Virus record (IMG/VR): IMGVR_UViG_3300032304_002285
Span: 1 to 64,000 of that record
DNA from: a virus
Strand: one strand, 5' to 3'
Length of the DNA stretch: 64,000 nt
The position numbers and the translations under genes were made by a program. The notes beneath the pieces are model-generated. The model saw only the letters and a list, made by a program, of their open reading frames with translations, made no database searches and was not told where the DNA came from. The first letter of the stretch is position 1, and each line of letters opens with the position of its first letter. This document shows, one piece after another, positions 38,203 through 48,737 of the stretch.

Positions 38203-39584
38203 TGAAAATTACAGCAGCTAATCCTATTCCTCTTGATAAAGCTAAAATCAAAACACTTAATGAGAAAATTGTATCTTCATTGTTTGAAGTCTTACAAACA
38301 CTTCCAGTCGATAAGCCAATCAGAACCCAATTCCTGGTGAGGGAAACCTTTAAGCTCAATAATTTAAAAAATGAACCAATGAATATTGAAATAGCAATCG
38401 TAGGAAAAATTGGCAACAATTCTAAATTTGAAAAGATTCTAGGTGGAACTTGTGCAATATTGAGGACAGTGGATAGAAAATTATATGGAGCAGATATCGA
38501 AGTGTTCCTTAATGGAAACCTCTTCCCTACTGATTTCTCTAAGAGTATCACTACGGATGTCTATAACACACTCATCCATGAAATTACCCATGCAATTGAT
38601 CCAGCTAAAGATCAAAGAATCCCAGAAAATCTCAACGATTACTACAATACTCCAGTGGAAATTAATGCCTATATCCAAAATATCTTGGAAGAATTAGAAA
38701 CAAAAGTCGAAGCAATCGTTGATAAAAATACCAGTTATTCTAATCAAATCCCAAAAACAGATAAAAGAGAAGTTCTCAAGGATTTACTCATGGATTCTAA
38801 ATTCTGGAATAAAGGGAAGAATTATTGGAATCAACAAGCTAAACAAAAAATCTTCCAGGCGGTTTATAAACTCATTGATCAGTATACAGATACCAGTACA
38901 TCTAATAAAACAGCAGCATTAAAGCTGGAACATAGATATCATGGATATCACGATCAACAATCTGATGAATCTATCATTGCCTTCATTGATGGAGAAATGG
39001 CAGGGTTCTTGGATTACTCAGAATTTCAAAAACAACCAGCGGTAAAAATGATCGAAGTAAAAAAAGAATTTCAAAGAAAAGGAATTGCTACAGAATTACT
39101 CAAAGAACTTGATAAACTCTACCCAAATACAGAAATAGATTATGGATATTCAACAACAGAGGGATCAGAGCTTATTAAGAGCTATATAAAGAGATTCCCG
39201 AAAAAATTAGATTTTGAAAAAGGATTCTCAAATAAGGATTTCGTTATGAGCTTCTTACCCGGAGGCAAAAACGGGAAAAACATAGATTGGTGGGAAATGT
39301 GCTCCATATTCTCTAATACCTCTATGGATATTGACAATTATGATCTAACATACCCACCATCATTCAAGCAATTTACCAAAGATCTTAATAAAATTACAAC
39401 AGAAGAATGGAAAAAAGCAGCTAAAGAACTTAGGGAAAGGGTGGGTATTACAGTAAACTCTGAAATGAAGGCTTCATCAAATAAGGAGGTAAGAGGTAAA
39501 CAACACGTCTCTTCCTCTCCTGATGCTATCTTCACTGGCACAGCTAAAGAACTAATCTATATTGCTAAATCATTAATCTCCTAA
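38202..39584 (+). CDS. HExxH domain plus GNAT-like domain, with the tag helix at the C-terminus
   Basis: AANPIPLDK, LIHEITHAID, YYNTPVEINA; GNAT motif 'IEVKKEFQRKGIATELL...EG.EL'; ends TAKELIYIAKSLIS. Confidence 0.7.
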   Translation: MKITAANPIPLDKAKIKTLNEKIVSSLFEVLQTLPVDKPIRTQFLVRETFKLNNLKNEPMNIEIAIVGKIGNNSKFEKILGGTCAILRTVDRKLYGADIEVFLNGNLFPTDFSKSITTDVYNTLIHEITHAIDPAKDQRIPENLNDYYNTPVEINAYIQNILEELETKVEAIVDKNTSYSNQIPKTDKREVLKDLLMDSKFWNKGKNYWNQQAKQKIFQAVYKLIDQYTDTSTSNKTAALKLEHRYHGYHDQQSDESIIAFIDGEMAGFLDYSEFQKQPAVKMIEVKKEFQRKGIATELLKELDKLYPNTEIDYGYSTTEGSELIKSYIKRFPKKLDFEKGFSNKDFVMSFLPGGKNGKNIDWWEMCSIFSNTSMDIDNYDLTYPPSFKQFTKDLNKITTEEWKKAAKELRERVGITVNSEMKASSNKEVRGKQHVSSSPDAIFTGTAKELIYIAKSLIS

Positions 39585-39939
39585 ATCCTCACAAAAAAAA
39601 AGAAAGAAAACCAAATGACAGAAAATCTCGCTATCCTCTTGGTCGAAGAAAACCCAGGACAATTCGCTATCCAATTGTATTCTAGTCCGGATAAAGCTCT
39701 CGAACTCTTTAATCAATTGAAGGGAAAACCAGCAGATAAAAAAACTAAGGCTACTATCATTACCCTGGATTGGATCAAAAATATAGTAGAAGCTTACTCG
39801 AAAGAACTACCAGAGTTGAAACCTAATCCCGATAGTTCATGGAAATTAGGGACAGCTAAAATACAATAACGTTAAATGAACCTAATTTAAAAACGTTTCA
39901 AATCTAAAACGAAAATCCTCTACTGTAAAAAATAAAAAG

Positions 39940-40150
39940 TAAAAGCCGGGAAAGGGATAGGAGAAGAGGGAATACAGGAGAGAGGGGAGAGGAAGAGAAG
40001 GTGTATAGTAGAGGAGAGGATAGTACGGGGAGAGGGGATAGACAGATAGGGTAAGGTAAGCTAGGTAAGGTATAGAGAGTATAACACTGATGACTACGGT
40101 AGAGAGTAAGGGATAGGGTAAGGTAAGTATAGAGTGAATAGAGTAGAAGC
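39940..40150 (+). other. Strongly purine-rich non-coding tract
   Basis: Long A/G runs; GATAGGGTAAGGTAAG occurs twice (~40046 and ~40112). Confidence 0.7.
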
Positions 40151-40210
40151 CATATAGTAGATTATTACTACATCTTCAGACTGATTCAGGCATTTTCATT
40201 GAAATAGGCT

Positions 40211-40328
40211 GATTTCATCAAATTTCATCAAATTTCATCAAATTTCAGGCAATTTCAGGCAATTTCAGGCAATTTCAGGCAATTTCAGGCAATTTCAGGC
40301 AATTTCAGGCAATTTCAGGCAATTTCAT
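40211..40328. repeat. Tandem 10-bp repeats: 3x (G/A)ATTTCATCA, 8x AATTTCAGGC, then AATTTCAT
   Basis: Read directly from the sequence; the period equals one helical turn. Confidence 0.95.
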
Positions 40329-40505
40329 TTGACGCTTCTCGCAGATTTTTTCTGACGATTGGATTTTTGGAATTTTGATTTGACAAATTTATGGACAGTG
40401 TTTGGAAAGAAGTCAAATAGAAGTTGGAAAGAATGAGGGAAAGTCCCAGGTATAGAAGCAGGGTAGTGGAAAGACTTGTTGGAACTCTAGTGGAATTTAC
40501 TACCT

Positions 40506-40594
40506 GGAATTAAAAATATTTTCTTTGACGATTACTCAAGGGAACAGCGGTGGAAATTGAATTAAGGGAATTAAAAATATTTTCTTTGACGATT
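40506..40594. repeat. 28-bp direct repeat GGAATTAAAAATATTTTCTTTGACGATT, two copies
   Basis: 40506-40533 and 40567-40594; contains the palindrome AAAATATTTT; a partial third copy lies at ~40608-40620. Confidence 0.9.
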
Positions 40595-40628
40595 GCTCAG
40601 GGTAGATGGAAAATATTTTTGGGGAACA

Positions 40629-40664
40629 TTGGATTTTGTGGGGTGTCCTGGTAATAGATAGATG
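40629..40664 (+). promoter_or_regulatory. Conserved phage promoter TTGGATTTT-N12-GGTAATAGATAGATG
   Basis: Same motif precedes many transcription units. Confidence 0.8.
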
Positions 40665-40702
40665 AAAGAAGATGAGATTGTCGAGATTGAAGGGAGAGAT
40701 TG

Positions 40703-42865
40703 ATGAGCAGCTTTTACGGTAACTATGCCCAGTCTGATGTTCAAGATGCCTTGGCTGTTGTAGGGCAGGGGATGGCCAAAGACTACGGGATCAAAGTTGT
40801 GTGGGGCAAAGAGGGCAAGGTTCGGATTGACCTGGAAAACAAGATTGCCTATATCCCGAAGCTGGCTTGTGCTAGCGGGGATAATTTTGGTGCTGGTAAG
40901 GGGGACTTTGAGGAAGCCCTGATGTTGACCCGTGCGAATGTTGGTCATGAGTTTGGTCATGGTGCTCATACCAAGCTGGCGAAGAAGGATTATCCCAAGG
41001 GTGCTCTTTTCTCGATTTTGAATGCTCTGGAAGATGTCCGGATGGAACGTGCTGTTGCTGAAGATTACCTTGGGTTTGGTAAGGTGTTCAGCGAGGCGAA
41101 AGAGTGGCACAATAAGAAGATTGCTCAGGACGTGCTTGATGGGAAGGTTCAGGGGATTCCGTTGTGGGAAGCGAATTGTGCTTGCATCTTCCAGGTTGGT
41201 GGTGTTGCTCCTGCTTGGAATCTGAGTGAGCAGGCGAAGATGTATTTTGATGCCATGTATGAGGAATTTTCTGAGGTTCGGAATGCCAAGAATACCGGCG
41301 ATTGCTTGAAGATTGCCAAGAAGATTTATGAGATTCTGAAGAATCTGCTGAATGATCAGGAAGAGAAGAATCAGCCGAATGAGAGTGGGGAAGGTGATGG
41401 GGCTGATGGTGAGGAAGGGGAGGAAGAGAAAGAGGATAAGCAGCAGAAGCAGCAGCAAGAGGGGAATGGGAAGCAGAAGCAGCAGAAGAAACAACAGAAG
41501 AAGGAAAAGGGTGAGAAGGGTAAGGAGAAGGGGCAAGAGAAATCTTCCGGTGGGGAAATGGAAGATGAGAAGGAAGAGAAGGGGAATGGTAAGGGAGAGG
41601 AAGGCGAGGAAGAGAAAGAGGGTAAGGATAGCGGCAAGGGTGAAGAAGGTGAGGAGGGAGAGGGAGAAGAGAAGGGGAAAGGTCAAGGTGAGGAAGGTGA
41701 AGAGGAAGGGGAGGATGAGGGTGAGGGGAGTGGTAATGGTGAGGGGATGAGTGATGAAGAGGTTGAGGGTGATGATAGCGGGAAAGAGGAAAGCAATTCC
41801 TGCAAAGAGAAGCATGGTTTTGAGAATTATGACCCGAAGAATAGCGGGAATTGCCCTGATGGTGATGGGAGCAATGGGCTGGAGAAAGAGGATGAGGAGG
41901 AATTGGAAGCTCGGCTGAATAAGGAGAGTGAGGGACAGGATTTGACTGAACGGGCTAATGAGGTGATTGAGAAGGCAATGGACCTTGCAGATAAGCGTGG
42001 GGTTTATACTTCTCGTCGGGATTTGGATGAGCATCGGGTTCCGGAGCCTGGGGATGCTGGTAAGGTTCGGTTCAACGCCAATTTTGAGCGAATGCAGGCT
42101 GAGGTTGCTGCGATGACCATGGCCTTGGAGCAGGCATTGCGAGCGATTACCCGGAGTCGGAAGGATCAGTTTTTGCGGTATGGTCGGATTGATGGGAGTC
42201 GGATGGTTGAGATTGCCAAGGGATTGAGCAAGGAAATTTTCTATCAGAAGCGTCCGGGGAAGGAATTGAGTACGGTTGTTTCGATGGTTATTGATCAAAG
42301 TGGGAGCATGAGTTGCTGTAGTCAGGTTCGGGATTTGGTTATCTTGCTGGGTGAGTGTCTGAGTCGGCTTGGGATTCGGTTTGAGGTTGTCGGAACCACT
42401 ACCAAATTTGAGGGTGGGAGTTGCCCCAGCTTGGACACTTTCACCCGGACCAATCCGATTGTTTATGATCACTATAAGGATTTGGGTGAGCAATGGGGTG
42501 TTGTTCGCCATCGGATGATGAGCGTTGGGGCTTTCAAGCATAACATTGACGGGGAAGCTGTTGAGTACTGTGCTAAGCGGTTGAGTCAGCAACCTGAGGC
42601 TCGGAAGATCATTTTCAGCTTGTGTGATGGTGAACCGTGCGGTGGGCAGGGGAATGATGAGGATTTGGGTGAGAACATCAAGAGTGTTAGTGATCGGGCT
42701 TGGAAGGCTGGGATTGAGGTTTATGGGGTTGGTCTCGGAACCAAGCGTCCTGCCCAGTACTACGGGAATAATCACTTCATTTACCTTGACGGGAATGAAG
42801 GGATGGGGCAGAAGTTTGTTCGGGCTTTTGCTGAGATTCTGACTCAGGGTAAGGTTCAACTCTAA
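40703..42865 (+). CDS. vWA-domain protein (CobT-like) with an N-terminal HExxH-like motif and a Glu/Gly/Lys/Gln-rich linker
   Basis: GHEFGH and NALEDVRME; MIDAS 'VIDQSGSM'; 'LCDGEPCG'; 'VYGVGLG'. Confidence 0.85.
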   Translation: MSSFYGNYAQSDVQDALAVVGQGMAKDYGIKVVWGKEGKVRIDLENKIAYIPKLACASGDNFGAGKGDFEEALMLTRANVGHEFGHGAHTKLAKKDYPKGALFSILNALEDVRMERAVAEDYLGFGKVFSEAKEWHNKKIAQDVLDGKVQGIPLWEANCACIFQVGGVAPAWNLSEQAKMYFDAMYEEFSEVRNAKNTGDCLKIAKKIYEILKNLLNDQEEKNQPNESGEGDGADGEEGEEEKEDKQQKQQQEGNGKQKQQKKQQKKEKGEKGKEKGQEKSSGGEMEDEKEEKGNGKGEEGEEEKEGKDSGKGEEGEEGEGEEKGKGQGEEGEEEGEDEGEGSGNGEGMSDEEVEGDDSGKEESNSCKEKHGFENYDPKNSGNCPDGDGSNGLEKEDEEELEARLNKESEGQDLTERANEVIEKAMDLADKRGVYTSRRDLDEHRVPEPGDAGKVRFNANFERMQAEVAAMTMALEQALRAITRSRKDQFLRYGRIDGSRMVEIAKGLSKEIFYQKRPGKELSTVVSMVIDQSGSMSCCSQVRDLVILLGECLSRLGIRFEVVGTTTKFEGGSCPSLDTFTRTNPIVYDHYKDLGEQWGVVRHRMMSVGAFKHNIDGEAVEYCAKRLSQQPEARKIIFSLCDGEPCGGQGNDEDLGENIKSVSDRAWKAGIEVYGVGLGTKRPAQYYGNNHFIYLDGNEGMGQKFVRAFAEILTQGKVQL

Positions 42866-42896
42866 GGCATAGGATAAGGGTTGAGAGAGGGAGTGG

Positions 42897-42974
42897 GTTA
42901 AGCTGCAAGGTTTTGGAATTTAAGATTGATTTGATTGATTTTCCTACTTATGTGGATGGGCTGAAAAGCCGTTA
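42897..42974 (+). repeat. 78-bp intergenic element, copy 1 of 3
   Basis: GTTAAGCTGCAAG...TTTGATTGATTTTCCTAC(T/C)TATGTGGAT...AAAA(G/A)CCGTTA. Confidence 0.9.
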
Positions 42975-43018
42975 TGAAATTGAAGACTGTCTAAGGTATA
43001 CGAATAGGAGAGTGATGA

Positions 43019-43594
43019 ATGCCAACAAAGATGAATAAGGTTTGCCATTTTCATGCTGGGGTTCATGACAAGGTTTACATTTTAAGTTTAAAGTATACTG
43101 AACGGCATATGGGTGGTGGGTTCTGGAGTGTGAATGCTTCCTGGGGGAGGCGTGGGGGTGTGTTACAGAGTGCGGTTAAATCTACTTCTCACACATATGA
43201 GCATGCATGGCATGATTTGTTCGAGATCTTCAAGCAGAAATTAGAGAAGGGATATTTGGATATTGAGTCTGTTGATTATCATGGTCCATTGAGCATTGAT
43301 AAATTAAAGGCTCATTTAAGTTCTGAGGATTTTGAGTTAGAGGATTTGGAATCGGCTTCTTCCCATATTGGGCTTCCTGATGATTATGAGCCTATGGATT
43401 ATGAGGAACCTGAGAAGCCTGCTATTGGGGTGAGGAAGGTGGTTTGTATTAACAACCTGGGATTGGAAGATAAGTTTGATGAGGGTGTGGAGTATGAGTT
43501 CCTTGTTATCCTAAAGGAAGCTGATATGCTTTTGGTTACTGGGAAAGACGGGAAGGCAACTGAGTGCTTCAAGGAACGGTTTAAGGGGTATTGA
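43019..43594 (+). CDS. WGR-domain protein with a C-terminal DUF6501-like domain
   Basis: 'HDKVY...SVNASWGRRG'; C-terminus 'VCINNLGLEDKFDEGVEYE...GKDGKATECFKERF'. Confidence 0.7.
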   Translation: MPTKMNKVCHFHAGVHDKVYILSLKYTERHMGGGFWSVNASWGRRGGVLQSAVKSTSHTYEHAWHDLFEIFKQKLEKGYLDIESVDYHGPLSIDKLKAHLSSEDFELEDLESASSHIGLPDDYEPMDYEEPEKPAIGVRKVVCINNLGLEDKFDEGVEYEFLVILKEADMLLVTGKDGKATECFKERFKGY

Positions 43595-43672
43595 GTTAAG
43601 CTGCAAGTTTTTTAGAATTGATCTTAATTTGATTGATTTTCCTACTTATGTGGATGGACTGAAAAGCCGTTA
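43595..43672 (+). repeat. 78-bp intergenic element, copy 2
   Basis: Near-identical to copies 1 and 3. Confidence 0.9.
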
Positions 43673-43693
43673 GGTTTTAGGGAGGGTATATTA

Positions 43694-45490
43694 ATGGAAG
43701 AAGATCAATATGAATGGTCTGGGAATACGAAGATGATGATAGATGAGTTAATGAAAGCGGTGAAGGTATGCACACAGAACTATGAGTCTGGTTCTGCTGA
43801 TGCATTGAGTTATGCGGTAGAGGCGGCGAAGATTATAAATAAATGGGAGAAGGAATCTCATCCTGAGGAGGGTGAGGTTGATGGTATTGATTGGAAAGAT
43901 GGAATTAATTGGCGTGGTTTCAATCCTGCTTTTGAAGAGGATGATAGAGATTTTGTGAGGTGTGTAAATAATTTAGGGATGGAAGATCAGTTTGAGGATC
44001 ATGGGGTATATGAGTTGAAAGAGAGTAGTGTTGGGGATATGAAGGATAGTGGTTATACGGATATGATAACGGTTAAGAACAAGCGAGGCCAATGGGTAGA
44101 GTGTTTCAAGGAACGCTTTGAGTTTAAAGATGGGGATTTGTAAGAATGGATAATCCTGAGAGCATAGTTGAGAGAGAGAATAGAATTAAGGCTATGCTTG
44201 AACATGCTAATTATAATTCTGTATTGGCTAAATTAGATAATGGTTGGGATAGAGAGGATTTATTTCGTGATAAGGTTTATCCTGTACAGCCTAAGCGTGA
44301 TAATGATAAGGTAGTTCCTTGGAGTTCTGGTGATATTGAGAAGGCGGCTGAGGAGATAGAGAGGGAGATAGAGCGTCAGAAGAATAGGCCAAAAGAAGAG
44401 ACATCTGCTTTTGAGAGATTCCGGATAGAGATAGAGAAGCAGGCTATTCTGAAGAAGCAAAGACAGGCCAGGGAAGAGGCGGCTAAAGAGGCGGCTAAAG
44501 AGAAAACACCAGAGGATAAAGAGATTACAGAACAATATGAGAGGATGAAGCAGAGATATAAAGAGATTCAGCAGAAGAAGATGATTGAGAACCTGAAGGC
44601 TGTAAAGAAGCCGATCATGAAACCTGTAGAGAAAGTACAGGTTAAAAATACAATGTTCCTAAAATGCATTAACAATTTAGGAATAGAAGACAGGTTTGAT
44701 CTTGATAGTGCCTATGAGGGCTTTGTTCACGGTGATAAGGAAATGATATGGGTAATAGGGAATGATGGGAATAAGGATGAATATTTGAAGGAAAGGTTCG
44801 AGGAATTACCTGAGTAGTCATAAGCCTGGGGAGGCAATTATGATTTTCGCTAGATACATTGGCCCGAAGTTTGGAAGCAATTTTACTCCTGGGAAGATTT
44901 ATCAGGGGTTATATGGGTTTAGCGGGGCTGGAGCAGTAGACAGTGATCAGATATACATTGAGGATGATAATAGGGTAAGTGTATTAGTTCAGACTGTTTC
45001 TCATTGGTTTGAATTTCCAGCAGAGGTTTATGGTGTTGTATTGCATGATGTTGGTTTATTTAAGAAGGGTGAGGTAGTAGCCATTGTTGATGCATCGGAT
45101 GAGTTTTATGACATTAAGGGTAAAGGGTACTTCAAGGCTGATTGTTTTGAGGTATTGGATAAGACGAATGTAGTTCCTGGTGGGTTTGTGTTGAACATAT
45201 GGACAAAGAGATGGGAGAAGATAACTGCTGTAGATGAGGAATTGAATGTATGGGTAGAGGACGGTTCAGTGTCTCCTGTTTTAGGGTTTAGGTTTTTGGT
45301 AGGGCATGGTGGGGTATTGAGTGAGCCATTGGTGAAGTGTATTGATTCTAATGGTGTAGGGGATGAGTTGACAGAGGGGAAGGTATACCGGATGGTAGGG
45401 ATGTCAGTTGGTGAGGATTGGGTATTGTTGGCGAATGATCGGGGTGAGATACAGTCTTATATGTCTTCTCGATTTTCTTCAGAATTCTAA
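43694..45490 (+). CDS. Three genes (43694, 44146, 44840) with C-terminal DUF6501-like SH3-type domains
   Basis: RCVNNLGMEDQF..HGVYE..ECFKERF; KCINNLGIEDRF...EYLKERF; KCIDSNG...LTEGKVY...SYMSSRF. Confidence 0.65.
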
Positions 45491-45508
45491 AAGATTTTTC
45501 AAAGAGCT

Positions 45509-45544
45509 TTGGATTTTCCTGGGGTATTGGGTAATAGATAGAAG
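45509..45544 (+). promoter_or_regulatory. Conserved phage promoter
   Basis: TTGGATTTT-N12-GGTAATAGATAG. Confidence 0.8.
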
Positions 45545-45585
45545 GAAAGAGATTGATTGAACCTGGGAAAAAGGAGTGTTTGGTT

Positions 45586-46866
45586 ATGGGTCCCAATGAG
45601 ATTGATGACATTGTGCTGAAGGTGAAGTCCCTGATGGGTGGGGCTGATCGGTTGGATATTTCGGTTTCTGATCCTCGGATTGCCGGGTATGCTCAGGAGA
45701 TTTATAAGGCCAAGGTCCGGGTTGCTCTGAGTACGAAAGCTCAGATTGCGACTTCCTTCCAGCCGAATAGCCAGTTGATTACCCTGTCCAAGATCGGGGC
45801 TCAGCCGGTTCAAGCTCAGCCGGTTCAGGTTCAGCAGGCTTCGGTTCAGGCTCAGCCGGTTCAATCTGCTCAGCCAGTCCAGGCCCAGCCGGTTCAGCAG
45901 GTGATTCAAGAGAATCCGGTTGCCAAAGAGAAGAGCAAACCGGTTGTGAAGCGTAGTCAGCACTCCTACCGTGCTCCCAAGATGATTGATGACGTGATTG
46001 ATGTTTTGGCTGATGATGCCAGTCATGTTGTCTGGTTCAAGGGTCCCACGGGATGCGGGAAAACGGTTGCTGCTCATTACATTTGTGAACGGATGGGCAA
46101 GAAGCTGTTCCAATTGAATTGCCATTACGGGATGGGTCCTGAGAGTTTGGTTGGGGAACGGACGATTGCGATTGATGAGAAGAGTGGGCAGAACCACATT
46201 AAGTATCAAGAGGGGATTGTTGTCAAGGCCATGCAGGCAGGGCTTGATGAGAACGGGAATGAGGTTGGGGTTCCGGGGTTGCTGTTCATTGATGAGGCTG
46301 GGGCAATGAGTCCTCAGATTGCCATCATGTTGAATCGGTTGCTTGAGAGTGATGATCCTCGGCGCACGATTACTCTGGAGCATGATGGTGGGCGGATTGT
46401 CCGGAGTCATAGTGGGTTCCGGATTATCCTGGCGGCTAATACGTGTGGACGTGGGGCTAACACCATGGCTGAGAGCATGTACACTGCTCAGACTGATGCT
46501 CTGGACATTAGCTTGCTGAATCGAATTGCTGCGGTGTTCCGGTTTGGTTATGATCGGGACGTTGAGAAGGCAATTCTGATGGAGAAGACTGGGGATGATA
46601 AAGTTGTCCGGAATCTGATCCTGTTCCGGGATGAGGTTCGGCAGGCGATTAAGGCGGGGCGGTTGAGTACTCCCTTCTCGACTCGTCACATTGTCAAGAT
46701 TGCGGATATGTTCCGGATTTTCCATGACATTCCGAAGGCGATTTACTTGGCGGTGATGGAGCAGCTTCTTCCTCAAGAGGTTGTGACTTACAATGAGATT
46801 ATTCACTCCAAGTTTGGGAAAGATCCGGTTAAGGAAAACACTCAGTCGAATGTGGATTACATGTAA
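45586..46866 (+). CDS. MoxR/CbbQ/CobS-type AAA+ ATPase
   Basis: Walker A GPTGCGKT, Walker B LLFIDE, 'ILAANT', 'LLNR', C-terminal 'FSTR'; QPVQ repeats in the N-terminal linker. Confidence 0.9.
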   Translation: MGPNEIDDIVLKVKSLMGGADRLDISVSDPRIAGYAQEIYKAKVRVALSTKAQIATSFQPNSQLITLSKIGAQPVQAQPVQVQQASVQAQPVQSAQPVQAQPVQQVIQENPVAKEKSKPVVKRSQHSYRAPKMIDDVIDVLADDASHVVWFKGPTGCGKTVAAHYICERMGKKLFQLNCHYGMGPESLVGERTIAIDEKSGQNHIKYQEGIVVKAMQAGLDENGNEVGVPGLLFIDEAGAMSPQIAIMLNRLLESDDPRRTITLEHDGGRIVRSHSGFRIILAANTCGRGANTMAESMYTAQTDALDISLLNRIAAVFRFGYDRDVEKAILMEKTGDDKVVRNLILFRDEVRQAIKAGRLSTPFSTRHIVKIADMFRIFHDIPKAIYLAVMEQLLPQEVVTYNEIIHSKFGKDPVKENTQSNVDYM

Positions 46867-47343
46867 GAGGGAAGGGAGAGGGCAAGATGGAAAATCGGGA
46901 ATTGATTGAGAAGTTGTTGAAGATGATCCAGGGGACGAAGCAGGATGGTGAGGTTACGGTTGGGGATTTTTGGGGGAGTGTGGTGAAGATTGGGGTTTAT
47001 TGGAATTTTGTGATTGTGAACAAGAAGACTGATGAGAAGTCTCATTGGCGAGAGAGTCTGGCGGTTGATCGGGGTTTTTGATCTGGGTCAATGCCCCAGA
47101 TGAGAGTAGGGGGTTCACATGACACTTGATGAGAGATTCCAGGCATTGAGGAAGACAAGTAAGAGGTGGAAGAAGGAAAGGCGGGAGTTGGAGAAGAAGC
47201 TGGGGATAGTGAAGGATGAGCGGGACAGTCTGAAGAAAGAAGTTGCTCACCTTGAAGAGAGAGTTTCTGAGGAGTATTGGCGAGGGATGGATATTGGCAG
47301 GGGTATTGACAGTGACGATTGGTAAATAAAGGAAAAGGGCAAA

Positions 47344-47652
47344 ATGGAAGCAAAGCATTCAAAAGGACCTTGGGGAGCATCGGCTACCCCAGTGATTGAC
47401 AGAGAGAACATTCGGAATATTACAGATGAAGATGGGAACTTGGTTGCCCAAATTCGTTGTCGGGGAATGGGAAAAGACCAAGAGGCTTTGGCGAATGCTC
47501 GGTTGATTGTTGCTGCTCCTGATATGCTGGAAGCATTGGACAAAGCGTTTACTTTGCTTTCGGAGCATCCAGAATCGAAACAGGGGAACAGCAAGATTCA
47601 CTATGTAATGCACCTTGTTGAGTCTATCAGGGATAAAGCCATCAAGGAATAA
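47344..47652 (+). CDS. Conserved phage hypothetical protein (H-x-x-GPW ... ANARLIxAAP family)
   Basis: 'HSKGPW...ANARLIVAAPDMLEAL'. Confidence 0.75.
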   Translation: MEAKHSKGPWGASATPVIDRENIRNITDEDGNLVAQIRCRGMGKDQEALANARLIVAAPDMLEALDKAFTLLSEHPESKQGNSKIHYVMHLVESIRDKAIKE

Positions 47653-47677
47653 GAAATTAAGGGCAGATTGAGGTATT

Positions 47678-47713
47678 AAGGCTGGTGGGGATAATCCTAC
47701 CAGTCTTTTTTTT
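47678..47713 (+). terminator. Rho-independent terminator
   Basis: AAGGCTGGTGGG-GATAA-TCCTACCAGTCTT followed by Ts. Confidence 0.75.
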
Positions 47714-48259
47714 ATTTCTCAGGCTATAGTATTAAATAAGGTAGTAAAAGCTTGGAGGAGAGGATTTATGAGGAATGATGGTCCCAGTCGGTATTTAATT
47801 TATGAGATGTTGAATCGTCATGTAGATATTCAGATTCACAATGGGAAGCGATATTCAGGCTTTGTTAGTAGGGTTTATAGGAATGTTTTAGACAATCAGG
47901 TTGAGTTAACGATAGGCGGGAAGGTTCGGTGTTTTGAGGAACCCAATTTGATTGTACAGGATGGTGAGGAATTGGTTTTCATTTATGGACACATTACTCT
48001 CTCAGATGAATCAGATGATGCTTTATTTGCTGAGGCAAGGATGTCCAGTCATTCAGGGGAGAGCATGGATGATATCATCAAGAGAACCAATCAGGCTCTA
48101 AAGAAAGAGTCTAGATTTAAGCTTGGAGAAAAATTGGAGACAAAGAAGGAACTTACGTAAGTAGTTGGTTTCTAATACATTAGGCTGTCTAAACCCGACA
48201 CATTAGGAGTCGGGTTTTCCTTTTCTCTGGAGAAAGATCAAAAGATTTTTTAGAGAGCT

Positions 48260-48296
48260 TTGGATTTTAGGAGAGTGAAGGTAATACATAGATGTA
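48260..48296 (+). promoter_or_regulatory. Conserved phage promoter, followed by a GAGTCAACTGAG leader
   Basis: TTGGATTTT-N11-GGTAATACATAGATGTA. Confidence 0.8.
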
Positions 48297-48338
48297 AGAG
48301 AGAGAGAGAGTCAACTGAGCGAAAAGGAGAATGTGACC

Positions 48339-48737
48339 ATGGCGAAGCAACTCGAAGGTTTGGGCGTGATTGAGTTGAAGGCTCTGGCGGCGATGGTTGG
48401 GGATGCGGTTGCCAAGGAAGCCAGCAGCAAGATTCCGGTTGGTCCTCACGTGGTTGATTTCATGGTTCAGATCAAGGGGTTGCTGGTGAAGGGTGCTGAC
48501 TATGAGGGTGAGATTGTGGCGAAGGCTGATCCTTGGCTGTTGCTGGCGGTTGCTCTGAGCCACCTCAACGGGAAGACGGTGGACTCGATTGTGAAGGAAG
48601 CTCTGAGTGCTGATCCCGCTTTGGCTGACAGTCTGAAGGTTCAGGCTCAGAAGGCTCTGGAAGCGGTGAAGGGTCCGACGAAGACGAATTGCAACGGGAA
48701 GGTGACGTGCAAGTTGAGTGCGGCGAAGGTGGTTTAA
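48339..48737 (+). CDS. Hypothetical protein
   Basis: Follows the conserved promoter; strong RBS and biased codon usage. Confidence 0.7.
   Translation: MAKQLEGLGVIELKALAAMVGDAVAKEASSKIPVGPHVVDFMVQIKGLLVKGADYEGEIVAKADPWLLLAVALSHLNGKTVDSIVKEALSADPALADSLKVQAQKALEAVKGPTKTNCNGKVTCKLSAAKVV

Noticed and set aside
40211-40328. CRISPR array
   Set aside because: The repeats are 10 bp and contiguous with no spacers; no cas genes are present.
40571-42859. 762-aa antisense ORF over the vWA gene (also 45499..46806 and 51436..52206)
   Set aside because: Shadow frames: the sense genes avoid TTA/CTA/TCA-type triplets, which removes reverse-strand stops. The translations are low-complexity Leu/Pro/Thr text with no motifs or RBS.
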